The notes under the pieces: generated by a model
Databases searched by the model: none
What the model was told of the DNA's origin: nothing
Seen by the model: the letters and a program-made list of their open reading frames with translations, nothing else
NCBI GenBank assembly: GCA_963741205.1
Contig: CAVUHW010000030.1
Span: 1 to 64,000 of the forward strand
DNA length: 64,000 bases
Direction: 5' to 3'
DNA from: Nitrospirota bacterium
Lineage (GTDB): Bacteria > Nitrospirota > UBA9217
Made by a program: the position numbers and the translations under genes
In this document: positions 1-11,587 of the stretch, one piece after another
Layout of the letters: each line of letters begins with the position of its first letter
Position numbering within the stretch: the first letter of the stretch is position 1

Positions 1-219
1 TCCGGTGAAACTGCCGTGAAAAAATGGGGGACCATTCCTCCCTTCCCCGAGACGCAGAATTACGTCCAGAGAATTTTGAAACTCTATAACGGCTCCGGGA
101 GCGCGATCACGCCGGCATACACCATCTACGTGGGATACGGGGAAGACGGGTCGCTCCTTTTAACCGACAACCCCGGCAAGAGCAAGAACCTCAAACGAAA
201 GACCGGCAAAGACCTGTAG
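1..219 (+). CDS. Lytic transglycosylase (SLT domain), 3' end only
   Basis: SGETAVKKWGTIPPFPETQNYVQRI matches the SLT C-terminal motif (G..AV..YGGIPP..ETQ.YV); runs off the window start. Confidence 0.8.
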   Translation, partial: SGETAVKKWGTIPPFPETQNYVQRILKLYNGSGSAITPAYTIYVGYGEDGSLLLTDNPGKSKNLKRKTGKDL

Positions 220-440
220 CTCTCTTTTACGCCCCCACTACCTTCTAGAAATCCTGCATCCCGTTCCACTATTATAATATTTGTCGCTCCGCGGCTCTGC
301 CAACCTTAAAACCCGCTAGCAAGGATAGCCTTTCAAGACATAACTAACGACTCCGCTTTAACCGAATAAACTTGCTCGATTTTTCATTTCCTGCAGTTTA
401 GGGTTAACCGTAAAACCAACTGTACGGAAATGCTCCTTTG

Positions 441-540
441 TGTCTTAATATTCATACACAGATATAACCTGTTGATTTGCAGGTTTAAAGACTCCATTTA
501 GTTATTACAGCACATGCTTTGCTGTCTGAATAAACATACA
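441..540. promoter_or_regulatory. Pair of enhancer-like sites TGTC-N10-TACA (441-458, 523-540)
   Basis: Dyad motif ~90 bp upstream of a sigma54 promoter; related sites at 7303, 8093, 8179. Confidence 0.55.
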
Positions 541-629
541 GTTCCCATCTTTTCAGTGTAATAGGTCAATATGTTCAAGGGGTTAAATTAGACCAAGGAA
601 TCAATAGGATGAACAAGGATACAAATTCC

Positions 630-645
630 TGGCATTGGAAATGCT
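630..645 (+). promoter_or_regulatory. sigma54 (-24/-12) promoter
   Basis: TGGCAT-TGGAA-ATGCT, GG-N10-GC spacing. Confidence 0.65.
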
Positions 646-916
646 ATATATTGTGCACTAAGTGAAACAGAAAGCATTGCAGCCACAGCGAAGAACTGTT
701 CAGTGAGCCGTTACTCTCTAAAGACCCGCACGGGCAGCAGCAAAATAAGTTATTTGCAGGTAAGAAAGCAAAAACGAAGGCGTAGCGCAAAATATCAAAG
801 AAGATGATTTAACAAATATGGAAAAACAGGAGGGACGCCAGGAATAACTAATGCAAGTGCCGCGAGACGACACAAACCGGCGAAGTTAAATTCGAGTGCG
901 AGAAGGAGATCAAGAA

Positions 917-1446
917 ATGAAGAATAGAACCTCTCAATTAATCGTGTTTTGTGCTGTAATTCTGGGCTTCATGCTTGTCGGTTACGGTATCAGCTCCGCT
1001 CACACCCAAAGCTTTAATTTAGAACCATCTCACTTCGTGCCGGCTGCAGAAAGGCTGGTAAACGGCGCGGTGACACTGAAGGAGCAAATGTCACGCCGTG
1101 GCGGTCTGCATTTGAGTGGATGTTATTGGCAGCCATAATGCTGGGTTTGCCGCTTTTCATTGTGCGGACGCTGGTTTCTTCGGCGGCGTCGATGCTGCCT
1201 TCGCTACCGCAGATGACGGCGGCGACTGCCCGGAAGCAAGCTGTCTTTTCCGCACCATCATCTATGACAAAAATTGCGGAAATGATGCGAAGAAGCGGCA
1301 AAAGCCATCGTTTCCGCCGGATACTGCTTGGTGTCCATCGCAACTTACGGTTTCGAGGTCTAGAGGACGGCGAACTGCACCGTTCGGTCTTTGCAAGCTT
1401 TGGCCGGACATCGCCTTACTACCCAAGCCCGGACCGGGCCAGATAG
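917..1446 (+). CDS. Hypothetical membrane protein, frameshifted near 1115
   Basis: AGGAG RBS, N-terminal hydrophobic segment, second hydrophobic segment after the shift; several differences from the duplicate at 2247-2490 are synonymous in this frame. Confidence 0.55.
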
Positions 1447-1592
1447 ATAGATTCCTTTGGAAATAGCCTGCGGATCCCTTTGAACCTTCAGGCGTCGAAG
1501 ACGCAAAACGCCGCTCCATTCTTCGCCGCCGCTTCTGCCCAGTGCGTCCGCCGTGACGGTCGGTGTGGGGCGGCGTCTTCTTTTCCGGCCAA

Positions 1593-1879
1593 TCAATTTC
1601 TCGGTACAACCGAGATGCCGGAGTTTTTAACGATAACGGTTGACTCTGGATTGTTTTTTAATTGGATAATCATGTCAAGTACTTCAAGCGCCTTGGCAAG
1701 TTTTTTGTATCGTTATCTTCGATAGAAGATGCTGAGACAGAAAGCAGGAACACTGAGCCATTCGCAACGATTCGGAATTTGTGCCCATATCTATCGAAAC
1801 CGATTTCATCATCATATCTTGCATCCGGGAAGCGGTTGCCCAGATAGTCACGAATGACTTGCATTTTAGTGAGCTTCAT
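1593..1879 (-). CDS. Small hypothetical protein (copy A, frameshifted near 1700)
   Basis: MKLTKMQVIRDYL...VVPRN; paralog of 5176-5463. Confidence 0.6.
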
Positions 1880-2107
1880 TCATTCTCCCTTCTCTATTCG
1901 CGCGGTACCTCAATCATCATCTCCTTATACCTTTCCGCGCGGATCGTGCCTGACCGTATCGCCCTCGAGGGATAAGTTCATATTCATCCAGTGTTTTACA
2001 TTCCTTCATGATGGACCCGAAGAAACCGGATAACTAAAGGTCCTCGCCATTACATGACTCATCCGCATCCGGCACCTGTACTTAACACCTGTTCTTTTTT
2101 ACCGTTA

Positions 2108-2137
2108 TTAGACGGTAGAGAGAACGGAAAAGTTACA
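2108..2137 (-). promoter_or_regulatory. ECF sigma-type promoter
   Basis: Minus strand GTAAC-N17-CGTCTAA; the boxes are conserved in the second copy (5691-5719) while the spacer differs. Confidence 0.55.
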
Positions 2138-2246
2138 GACGGGGGCCTCTCCCTTCCGGTTTCAAGGAACGGATTCCTTACGCTGATTCCTCGTCCCGGG
2201 AGATGGTGAAGAGATAAGAGTATGTGAAATAAAAAAAGCCGGGCGC

Positions 2247-2514
2247 CATTGTGCGGACGCTGGTTTCTTCGGCGGCATCAATGCTGCCTGCGCTGCCGCA
2301 GATGAGGGCGGCGACTGCCCAGAAGCAGGCTGTCCTTTACGCATCATCATCTATGACCAGATTAGCGGAGATGATGCGAAGAAGCGGCAAAAGCCATCGT
2401 TTCCGCCGGATACTGCTTGGTGTCCATCGCAACTTACGGTTTCGAGGTCTACTAGACGGCGAACTACACCGTTCGGTCTATTGCAAGCTCATTGGGACGG
2501 TCACCGCCGTTTGA
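2247..2514 (+). pseudogene. 5'-truncated duplicate of the C-terminal part of the 917-1446 gene
   Basis: High nucleotide identity to 1158-1400; no start or RBS. Confidence 0.7.
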
Positions 2515-2655
2515 GGGGTGTATGCACCAGATAGCGCACCACAAGCCCAGGGAGAAAGGATTTAACGCTCGTATCCTTAAACGCCAGAATACAGTCAGGA
2601 GAGAAGGAAACTTTAGATAGTAAAACCGCAGGGATTCCAATCAAACACGAGTACA

Positions 2656-2690
2656 AAAGCCTCGGAGCGTATCCGCCTCCGGGGTTTTTA
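2656..2690. terminator. Probable bidirectional intrinsic terminator
   Basis: aaaagcctcggag...ctccggggttttt hairpin with A and T tails. Confidence 0.55.
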
Positions 2691-2749
2691 TTTTGTTATT
2701 ATTGAAGGCGTTCGGATAATAGCCCGAAGGAAAGGAAAATAACTGCTTG

Positions 2750-4112
2750 TTATTTTTTGAAGTCCGAGGGGTTAATGACGTGTTTCTTCAGGAGAGTATA
2801 CAGATCCGTCCGGTACTTTCCGGCAAGGGCCGCTGCGCTGCTTACATTTCCCGGGTGAGTTCAAGGAGCCTGATGAGATATCTTGTCTCGAAGTTCTCGC
2901 GGGCTTCTTTGAGCGGTTTGATCGCCTCCTCCAACGTGCATTTTTCGAGAGGGATGAGCTCCTCGCCGATAACGTCCTGTTCGGCCATGGCCGCGGCATA
3001 CTCTAGCGTGTTCTCGAGTTCGCGCACGTTACCGGGCCAGTCATGGAGCATCAGCCGCTGCATGGCGGCAGGCGTCAGGCCTTTCACCCTTTTATTCGTC
3101 TGTTCTGATAACTTTTTCAGGAATGCGTCAACCAGAACGGGAATGTCATCCCTGCGTTCACGAAGAGGCGGCAATTCGATGGGAATGACGTGGATCCGGT
3201 AATAGAGGTCCTCCCGGAACTGTCCCTGTTTGACCAGTTCTTCGATGTTCTTGTTCGTGGCAACGATGATGCGCACGTCCACGTCCACCGGTTTCTCGCT
3301 GCCCACAGGGTAAAACTGGCGCTCCTGGAGCACGCGCAGGAACTTGGCCTGGATGGAGAGAGGCATGTCGCCGATCTCGTCGAGGAAGATGGTCCCCTCA
3401 TGGGCCTGGACAAAGAGGCCCTTGGAGGTCTTCACTGCCCCTGTGAATGAGCCTTTCTCATGGCCGAAGAGCGTGCTCTCCAGGAGCGTTTCAGGAAGGG
3501 CGGCGCAGTTGATGGCCACGAAGGGCTTGTCGCTCCTGTTGCTCGCAAGGTGGATCGCCCTCGCGATGAGCTCCTTGCCCGTGCCGCTTTCTCCCCGGAC
3601 GAAGACCGTGGAATCCGTTTTTGCGACCCGGGATACGGTCTCGAGCACTACCTGCATGGCCCCGCTTCGCGCGACGATGTTTTTGAAATCATACCGCTCA
3701 GAGAGCAACCCCTGCAACGGTCGACCTCCGAGGCCAGCTTCCTGTTCTCCAAGGCGCGTTCCACGTGCAGGACCAACTCGCGATCGTCGAAGGGCTTCGT
3801 AAGGTAGGTGAAGGCGCCCCGCTTCATCGCATCCACGGCGCTCTCGATGCTGCCGTGGGCCGTGAGGATGATGGCCGGCATGCCGGGCGCCACGCGGCGC
3901 AGTTCCTCCATGAGCGATATCCCGTCCTGGCGCACAAGCTGAAAGTCGAGAACGACCAGGTCAAAGGCCTGCGCCACCACGGCGGCTTTTGCCTCGTCCT
4001 CGTCCGGCGCCGTCGTGACCGCATAACCGGACAACTCGAGCCGCATCTTCATCAGCTCCAGGAGGTTCCGGTCATCATCAACAATCAACAGTTTTGCCGT
4101 TTCCTTCGCCAT
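2750..4112 (-). CDS. sigma54-dependent response regulator (REC-AAA+-HTH), GlrR/QseF-like; frameshifts near 3717 and 2845
   Basis: REC LLIVDDD; GESGTGKE; GSFTGA; FLDEIGDMP; [21 protein letters not shown]. Confidence 0.9.
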
Positions 4113-4592
4113 CGCTACTTTCCGCGCCTTTCCTCAATTCTTAGGGTCTCGAGGTCCACCTGCTTCGTCTTCCTAATGGCCTGCAGCACGGGGGCGCCCC
4201 TATCATCGTCTCTTCCAAAAAAGAACTGCGAAAAAATCCCCTCTAAAGGCGCGTAAAAAAACCAAGGCGCCTTCCGTTAATCCTTCTTCGGGTTTGCATA
4301 GTTAGCGCTTAAGAGCTCCATGTCCGTGAGCGCTTCATCTGTCCACTTCCCTGGGTTTGCCGCACATGGTGCTTAAGGCCCGGGCCGAAGCTCCGGTTTT
4401 AAAGGACGAGGGCGCCCTTCAAATTCTCCTTAAAAGACGCCGGCTGTAATGTCCTTCGTCTTTTGCTGCATATCCCGGAAGAGACGCGTAATGCGCCTGG
4501 TAGTCACTACAGCCAGTGTGATCCCTAACAGAGGACAGGCGCCGGCTACCACCATGGCGGTGGTCAGCGCCTGCCTTTTAGACCTTGCTCAT
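4112..4592 (-). pseudogene. Fused remnants of a sensor kinase TM/HAMP region and a QseG/YfhG-like protein C-terminus
   Basis: LLGITLAVVTTRRITRLFRDMQQKTKDITAG (HAMP-like) with stops, then KTKQVDLETLRIEERRGK* abutting the regulator start. Confidence 0.45.
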
Positions 4593-5153
4593 TTTTTTGA
4601 TGCGTCTGCTGCAACCTCGACTGCCCGGCTGCTGGTTTTTTTGCAGCAAAGAAAAAGGGAAGCCGGCTAGTTTAATGCTTTAAAAATGAGGGATTTTCGT
4701 ATAGGAGAGCTTATTTCCACCCTGTATACAATTGCAGTCAGCAATTAATGACCTGATGATATTTTATCAGATATTCCTGCATATGATGCAATCACCGTAT
4801 AAAAACCCATGCAATACGGCTATTCGAAAAGGCGAAGATAAATGCTCTGATAAGAAAATCTATCTAAATATAAATAAGCTGCCTCTTACATGCTGATTGC
4901 TGTATTTGAGTTACCGTTAAATGGGGGGGAAGGCTCACTTGAAAAACAGAATTTCAAAGTATTTTCTTTACGTGAAGGAGCTGCAAAAGAGCAGTTCGGT
5001 TCCTTGACGGTTCACCACTTCTGGAAGTGCCGCATCCCTTCCACGATATGGTTCGTCTTCCGCGCTTCCCGGCTTTGAATTCCACTCGAGGTCGCAGTAT
5101 TAACCTCTGCCTCCGCCAAATGCGTCCATCGATTATGATCGGTGCGCTATATA

Positions 5154-5859
5154 GCGGCGTCTTCTTTTCGGCCAATCAATTTCTCGGTACAACCGAGATG
5201 CCGGAGTTTTTAACGATAACGGTTGACTCAGGATTGTTTTTTAATTGGCTCGCTATATCAAGTCCCTCAAGCGTCTTGGCCAGTTTTTCTAAATCATTAT
5301 CTTCGATAAATGACGTTGAGACGGAAAGCAGCAACACTGAGCCATTCGTAACGATTCGGAATTTTTGTCCATATCTATCGAAATCGATTTCATCATCATG
5401 TCTTGCGTCCGGGAAGCGGTTACTCAGATAGTCGCGAATAACTTGCATTTTATTGAGCTTCATTTCTCCTCCCTTCTCTCTTCGCGCGGCGCTTGAATCA
5501 CCCGCCCCTGTACCTTTCCGCGCGAATCGAGGCTGACCGCATCTTCTTCGAGGCATCGCCGGATAAGTTCATAGTCATTCGCTTTCCTGCCTTCCTTCAA
5601 GATCGACCTGAAGAATCCGGAAGCCCCCTTTTCCCTGGCTTATCCGCGGTCCAGCACCTGGTACTTAAAACCTGCCCTTCTTTTTACTGATTAGACGGTC
5701 GAGAGGTCATTAAAGTTACGGACTCGGGCCCGTCTGCCTTCCGGTTCCACAAACCGGATTCCTTACGCCCGAAGCTCGAGGGATGTTGCTGGATGCGTAA
5801 GTCAGAGTCATGGATCTCACGGTGCAGCGGCGCCTCCAAGATAAAAAAAGCCGGGCGCC
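5154..5859. repeat. Diverged duplication, copy B of 1570-2247
   Basis: Direct alignment. Confidence 0.85.
5176..5463 (-). CDS. Small hypothetical protein (copy B, intact, 95 aa)
   Basis: GGAGGAG RBS, MKLNKMQVIRDYL...; paralog of 1593-1879. Confidence 0.65.
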   Translation of the reverse strand: MKLNKMQVIRDYLSNRFPDARHDDEIDFDRYGQKFRIVTNGSVLLLSVSTSFIEDNDLEKLAKTLEGLDIASQLKNNPESTVIVKNSGISVVPRN

Positions 5860-6058
5860 TGAATATCGAAAGATATTTCGGCAGCCCGGCTGTCTCGTGG
5901 AGATCCTGGAGGTTTTCCGCCCAATCAAGGCGGATGGTTAATTATTTTTTCTACCCTATGATCTATAAATCGAACCGCAGAAAGACCGCCCTTTCGTAAG
6001 CTTTCCGGAAAATAAGGAAGCCTTGCGGCAGGGCGCTCCGTATATCCTTGCTTCTTAT

Positions 6059-7063
6059 TTACCACCTCTCCGTGCCGTGGCACGCGTTCGAGCAGGAATT
6101 CGTGGCCGGATTATAGCCCGGGGTGCTCGAGATGTTTATCACGCCGTCGTCGTGCCTGGTGGCGTTCACTGTCGTCTTGCTGTAGCCTGTGCCGTGGCAG
6201 ACGCCGCACGACAGCCCAACCTCCCCCACATGGAGTGAGTGATGGCCGGTTGCCGGAGGTATGGCGTGGCAGGAACCACACGCCGTCGGTGCCGGTGTAG
6301 ATCCCGCTGTATGCCCCAAGGGCAGCCGCTATCGCCTGGACCTGAGCGCTTGTGAGGTTTGACAGAGAGCTCATGGCGCCTACAATGCTGATGCCGGTCT
6401 GGATCTGTGATGCCGTTGCGCCCCGCTTGCTGCTGCTGGCCAGTGCACCGTGGCACGAGCTGCAGTTGCTGGCATAGAGCGCTACGCCGTCTAGCGAGTT
6501 CGATGTAGATCCGGACGCAGGTTTTGCCGCTAATGCATCCGCGATGGCCTGAAGCTGGGCCGGCGATAAAGTTGAGAACTTGCTCATTCCACCCATGTTG
6601 TTTGCAATCGCGGTCTGGATCATTGACATCGCTGCGCCGGCCTTGCTGCTTGTGGCAAGCGGACCGTGGCACGAGGCGCAGTTATCCGCATAGAGTGCGG
6701 CCCCGTCAATCGAGGCAGTTGAAGCGGGGTTTGTCGTCCCTGCCGGCCCTGCGCTGCGCCGGATAAAACGTTCATAATTGCCTGGAGCTCTTCGGCAGTG
6801 AGGTTCGCAAAGGCCCCCATGCCGCCCATGTTGTGTGAAATCGCGGTTTGGATCTGGGATAAAGATGCCCCTTTCTTGCCGCTTGTGGCAAGGGAACCAT
6901 GACATCCACTGCAGTCACTGCTATAGAGCGCGGCCCCATCGATCGTTCCCGAAGCTGTCGTATCCGCCGATGTGCCGCTGCCGCACCCAAAAAGCGCGAT
7001 GCCGAGCATTACCGAACCAAGCACGAACAGGTTGATCATAAACAGGTTAATGTTTTTATTCAT
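6059..7063 (-). CDS. Multiheme c-type cytochrome lipoprotein: three tandem monoheme repeats plus a C-terminal CxxCH/CxxxCH domain; frameshifted
   Basis: Lipobox LFGC; CSGCH, CASCH, CSSCH in DG.ALY...GM repeats; CGSCH, CGVCH, CSNACH. Confidence 0.85.
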
Positions 7064-7201
7064 AGTTTTTGTCCTTCCTTAAACCCTAGGGGGACTGTAC
7101 TTCGCGCCGTCACGGCGCCGAACCGCACTGGCGTAACTCCTTCACCCAAAGAAAAACTTCGAGAATATGATGTACTTCTATTCGCCTCTACTCCATTTAA
7201 A

Positions 7202-7217
7202 TGCAACTCAACTGCCA
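7202..7217 (-). promoter_or_regulatory. sigma54 promoter of the cytochrome gene
   Basis: Minus strand TGGCAG-TTGAG-TTGCA; AT-rich stretch, then TGTA-N10-TACA at 7303-7320. Confidence 0.75.
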
Positions 7218-7499
7218 GAATCGTACTTAAGTGTCATATTATTGATATATATATGTATTTTATTAATCCAGGGTGGTTATTAAGGCTGAGAAACAGTCGT
7301 ATTGTATGGATTTTAATACACTGATGATCCAAGATATGAAGGCAACTAAATGTAATATTATCAATAAAGCAGCATGAAACCATCTGTATGCAATTACACA
7401 CAATGTGGTGATAAGCCCTTAACACCGCCTGCATGGATGGCCGCGTTTCGTGAGGGCTATGTTATTGAAATCATTTACCGTTCCTAGAGCTCCGCAATC

Positions 7500-7955
7500 A
7501 ACCGGTCTACCTCAAGGGCCTGCTTCCTGATCTCCAGGGCGCGTTCTACTTGCGGGATCAGCTTACGGGCATCGAAGGGTTTCGTAAGGTAGGTAAAGGC
7601 ACCCCGCCTCATCGCATCCACGGCGCTTCTCGATGCTGCCATGGGCTGTGAGGATGATGGCCGGCAATCCGGGCGCCACGCGGCGCAGTTCCTCCATGAG
7701 CGATATCCCGTCCTGGCGCACGAGTTGAAGGTCGAGAATGGTCAGGTCAAAGGCCTGCGCCACCACGGCAGCTTTTGCCTCGTCTTCGTCCGGCGCCGTC
7801 GTGACTGCATAACCGGACGATTCGAGCCGCATCTTCATCAACTCCAGAAGGTTCCGGTCGTCATCAACGATCAACAGTTTTACTGCCGCCTTCTCCATCG
7901 CTATTTTCCGAGCCCTTTTTTCATTTCTTAGGGTTTCGATATCAACTTGCTTCGC
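7500..7955 (-). pseudogene. Truncated duplicate of the GlrR-like receiver domain with the upstream gene tail
   Basis: Near-identical to 3720-4170; no AAA+ domain follows. Confidence 0.8.
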
Positions 7956-8349
7956 CTAATTAAAGTCCTGGCGTAGGCGTATAGGATAAAGCATTGTCCA
8001 ATACCAAAAATTGCTTCCTCATACATCCTCTTAATTTCTAAGCGGAATTAAAGCTTTGGCGGGATATTACCCCATATACGGAAAGATAGCGTTGTACGGA
8101 TTTTCCTACAGCAAGAACATCAGTCAGCGATTAGTAAAACGCAGTATTTAAGCAGGAAAATCAGGAAGATATGCCTTTTGTACGAAGATTCATACACGAA
8201 TGGTATTTACACCGATAGTTTCACTGGGTTAATCGGAAGCTTAAGAGAAAATAAAAGACAGAGCAATCTTTTTTCGGTACTCAAGAGAAGTCTTGATTAA
8301 CGGCCGCAACCAATAGGCTGCTTCGTGAAAATATTTACGTTAATTGCTC

Positions 8350-10641
8350 TCATGGTATTTTTAATTCCATTCGGCTGTGCCTGCACTGGGATGTCCCAGC
8401 CCATTCATTCCTCTTGGCGCCACCATAACTTGCGGGACCGCTTCCAAGCAGCTCATTCATCTTGCTTACATCCGTTGTTGGAAGCTGGCACCTGAAGTTC
8501 AGACAGACATAGGCGGTTGCTTTTCCGTCGATACTCGACTGAGACTGAGTGAACCTCGCAATACGCGTGATGTCGTCCGATTGCCGGTTCGTCGGATGAA
8601 GGGGACGTAGAAGCACCACTTTATTAGGCATGTATATCGTTCGGAGCGCCTTTACCATTGCTTTCGTATCCCCTGCCAGCGGGTCGCCTACGATAACCAC
8701 CTCGTAAGAAGGGCCGAGGGCAAAATTGACCGCAGCCATTAATTGAGCATACGCTGACGGACTTTGCCTTACCTGTCCGGAAAAAGCTCGCGCGAGACGC
8801 GAGGCGTCCTTTTCAAGGTTAGGGTCTGCCGTCATTCGGGCCAAACGGAGGAGATTCGACATAGCCACGGAATTGCCGGACGGGATAGCCCCGTCATAAA
8901 TTTCCTTGCTTCGGATAAACAGATCCTCGCCGTCATCTGCGGTAAAATAGAAACCGCCTTTCTTATCATCCCAGAAGTGTTTGAGATAAATTGAATTCAA
9001 ATCAAGGGCCGTTTGCAAATAAGCAGCGTCAAATGTCGTTTCATACAGTTCAATGAGCCCCCAAATCAGGAAAGCGTAATCATCTCCATAAGCGGAGATT
9101 GCAGCCTGGCCGTCTCTAAAGCGATGTACAAGACGGCCATCCGGCAGTCGCATATGCTTGAGAATAAAATCCGCCGCTTGCTTTGCCGTAGCGGCATATC
9201 CTGGATCATCGAAGACCTGCGCGCCTTTCGCCAATGCGGCGATCATGAGACCGTTCCAATCGGTCAGGACCTTATCGTCTTTGTGGGGATGAATTCGTTT
9301 CTCACGCGCGGCGAACAATTTTACCCGTGCTGCTTCAAGGCGTTTTCCCAGCTCTTTCTCCGATATCTTGAGCGAGGAAGCAACCCTTTCCGGCTGCGTC
9401 TTCAGATGGAGAATATTCCTGCCCGTTTTCCGCGTCGATCCCGGCCCTTTTTCGCTATAATTGCCGCCTTTTTCAAGATGGAAAACGTTCATGACGAAAT
9501 CAGCTTCCTTTTTTTCGAGTACTTGACGGAGCTCTTCTTCGGTCCATAAATAAAACTTTCCTTCCTCTCCTTCGCTATCAGCGTCTTCCGCGCTGTAAAA
9601 TCCTCCGTCCGGGGCTGACATGTCCCTCTGGACATAGCTAAATATCTCCTTCGCGGTCTTCTTGTACTCTTCTTTTCCGGTTGCTTGATAGGCCTCAGTA
9701 TAAGCCATTGCCAGCATGGCCTGGTCATACAACATCTTTTCAAAGTGCGGAACAAGCCATTCTGAGTCGGTGGAATAGCGATGAAACCCGAATCCAAGGT
9801 GATCGTATATTCCCCCGTTTCGCATGGCCCTAAGGGTTTTTTCCGCCATCTCCAGCGCTATGATATCGCCCGTCCGCTTCCAGTACCGAAGCAAAAAGAG
9901 GATGTTTTGAGGGGTTGGGAACTTGGGGGCAGGGCCGAAGCCTCCGTTTTCTTTGTCGAAGCGCTGGACAAGCTGGTTAAATGCAGCCTCAAGATCGGCG
10001 TCGCCCAGTTCCTCTCCGGGTGCTTCATGAGAAGATTGGCGCAGATCTTCAGAGATTTCGCTGGCGGAGCTCAACAGTTTTTCCCTCTGCTCTTGCCAGA
10101 GTTCTTTGATGCGGGCAGTCAGATCCAGCAATCCGATCGTTCCAAAACGGCGTTCCTTGGGGAGGTACGTTCCTGCGAAGAAGGGTTTTTTGTCCGGGGT
10201 CATTATTATATTGAGCGGCCAGCCGCAGCTGTTGTTCATCATTTGGCACACACGCATGTAGACTTGGTCTATGTCCGGCCGCTCCTCCCGGTCGACCTTG
10301 ATGCATACGAAGACATCGTTCATCAGGCGGGCCACCTCCGGGTCATCAAACGACTCGTTTTCCATGACATGGCACCAATGACAGGTGGAGTAGCCTATTG
10401 AGAGAAAGATCGGCTTATTTTCCTTACGGGCCTTTTCAAACGCCTCGGCTCCCCACGGGAACCAATCAACGGGGTTGTGCGCATGCTGAAGCAAATAGGG
10501 ACTCTTTTCATGGATCAGTCGATTGGTATATTTCATATCGTGCTCTTTTCGTTGGGCAGCCCCTGCGGCAATACCCGGCCCGTTTACCAGGAACATGGAA
10601 ATTAAGGCCATACTAATGAATTTTGGAAAATTACTTATCAT
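8350..10641 (-). CDS. Thioredoxin domain-containing protein, YyaL/SSP411 family
   Basis: [41 protein letters not shown]. Confidence 0.93.
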   Translation of the reverse strand: MISNFPKFISMALISMFLVNGPGIAAGAAQRKEHDMKYTNRLIHEKSPYLLQHAHNPVDWFPWGAEAFEKARKENKPIFLSIGYSTCHWCHVMENESFDDPEVARLMNDVFVCIKVDREERPDIDQVYMRVCQMMNNSCGWPLNIIMTPDKKPFFAGTYLPKERRFGTIGLLDLTARIKELWQEQREKLLSSASEISEDLRQSSHEAPGEELGDADLEAAFNQLVQRFDKENGGFGPAPKFPTPQNILFLLRYWKRTGDIIALEMAEKTLRAMRNGGIYDHLGFGFHRYSTDSEWLVPHFEKMLYDQAMLAMAYTEAYQATGKEEYKKTAKEIFSYVQRDMSAPDGGFYSAEDADSEGEEGKFYLWTEEELRQVLEKKEADFVMNVFHLEKGGNYSEKGPGSTRKTGRNILHLKTQPERVASSLKISEKELGKRLEAARVKLFAAREKRIHPHKDDKVLTDWNGLMIAALAKGAQVFDDPGYAATAKQAADFILKHMRLPDGRLVHRFRDGQAAISAYGDDYAFLIWGLIELYETTFDAAYLQTALDLNSIYLKHFWDDKKGGFYFTADDGEDLFIRSKEIYDGAIPSGNSVAMSNLLRLARMTADPNLEKDASRLARAFSGQVRQSPSAYAQLMAAVNFALGPSYEVVIVGDPLAGDTKAMVKALRTIYMPNKVVLLRPLHPTNRQSDDITRIARFTQSQSSIDGKATAYVCLNFRCQLPTTDVSKMNELLGSGPASYGGAKRNEWAGTSQCRHSRMELKIP

Positions 10642-10840
10642 CTGCTCATTTTTTTTGCTGTATCGCGCATGAAACCCGCTTCCTGATTGTCAACAAGGGT
10701 AACACGGTGTCAACAAATACGGGTTGATCCTTAAAGGTTGCTGAGAATAATGACTAAAGAAGATACATACAGGAAGGATTCGTTCCCCTACGTTGGAACC
10801 TGAATCCTTCCCCTCTTTCGGACAAAAGCAGCGCCGAAGT

Positions 10841-11227
10841 TTAAAGCTGTTCGTAGACTTCTTCCGCCCTGATAACCAGGACACCTCTCGCCCAGGGAAA
10901 TAGTTTTTTTGCCGCTTCGTATTTTTCGCCGTACTTCTGTATTTGCCCCGTTCCCCTAATCCTGCACCCCTTGCCCGGCCCATGAGTTCCCTGAACCTGC
11001 CTTGTGCCGCAGAGCAGTTCTATCCTGTCGTTCATCTCGAGATTATTCTCTGTTTTATTGTACCCGCCGATAGGTACAAGAAGCGTATCGTCATTGATCA
11101 CGCCGAGGGCCTTTACATATTCCCCCCAGGTGCCGGCCAGATGAGGCCCGTCAGCCCCCACTGTCGCAATGGCGATCCATTCCGTTTTATCCAGGACCTC
11201 TTTGCATTTTTTTTCTATCTTTGCCAT
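10841..11227 (-). CDS. Pyridoxamine 5'-phosphate oxidase-like FMN-binding protein
   Basis: IAIAT.G..GPHL..TW, V.G..GPG.G motifs. Confidence 0.8.
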   Translation of the reverse strand: MAKIEKKCKEVLDKTEWIAIATVGADGPHLAGTWGEYVKALGVINDDTLLVPIGGYNKTENNLEMNDRIELLCGTRQVQGTHGPGKGCRIRGTGQIQKYGEKYEAAKKLFPWARGVLVIRAEEVYEQL

Positions 11228-11247
11228 ACGATGCCTCCTCTTTGGGA

Positions 11248-11487
11248 TTAATTGAGCATAAAGTAAAACGTTGCACCTTTATCCACCTCTCCCTCAGCCC
11301 AGATGCGGCCGCCGTGCCGCTGGATGATTCGTTGTACCGTAGCGAGGCCAATACCAAGGCCTGGGAATTCATCTTCAGAGTGCAGTCGTTTATCCTCTTC
11401 TATTTTCTGCAGTTCATTAATTCGCTGGCGAAGCGCAGTCAGGTCATTTATGAGCTGTTCTTTCGTTAGATCGTTCGATATTTCCAT
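11248..11487 (-). pseudogene. Internally deleted histidine kinase (N-terminal coil fused to the HATPase G2 box)
   Basis: [19 protein letters not shown] joined directly to [31 protein letters not shown]. Confidence 0.7.
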
Positions 11488-11587
11488 ATGATTCTTTCTT
11501 CAACAACTGGCGCATTCTTCATTAACTGCATCTATGAGATTAAGACTTGACTGTGACTGTGCAAGACATCTTGCGAATCATGACCTT

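Larger units (their letters stand above)
1570..2247. repeat. Diverged duplication, copy A of 5154-5859
   Basis: Alignable from gcggcgtcttcttttc to ataaaaaaagccgggcgcc. Confidence 0.85.

Noticed and set aside
7085-7150. Riboswitch in the cytochrome leader
   Set aside because: Only a single GC hairpin; no recognisable aptamer motifs.
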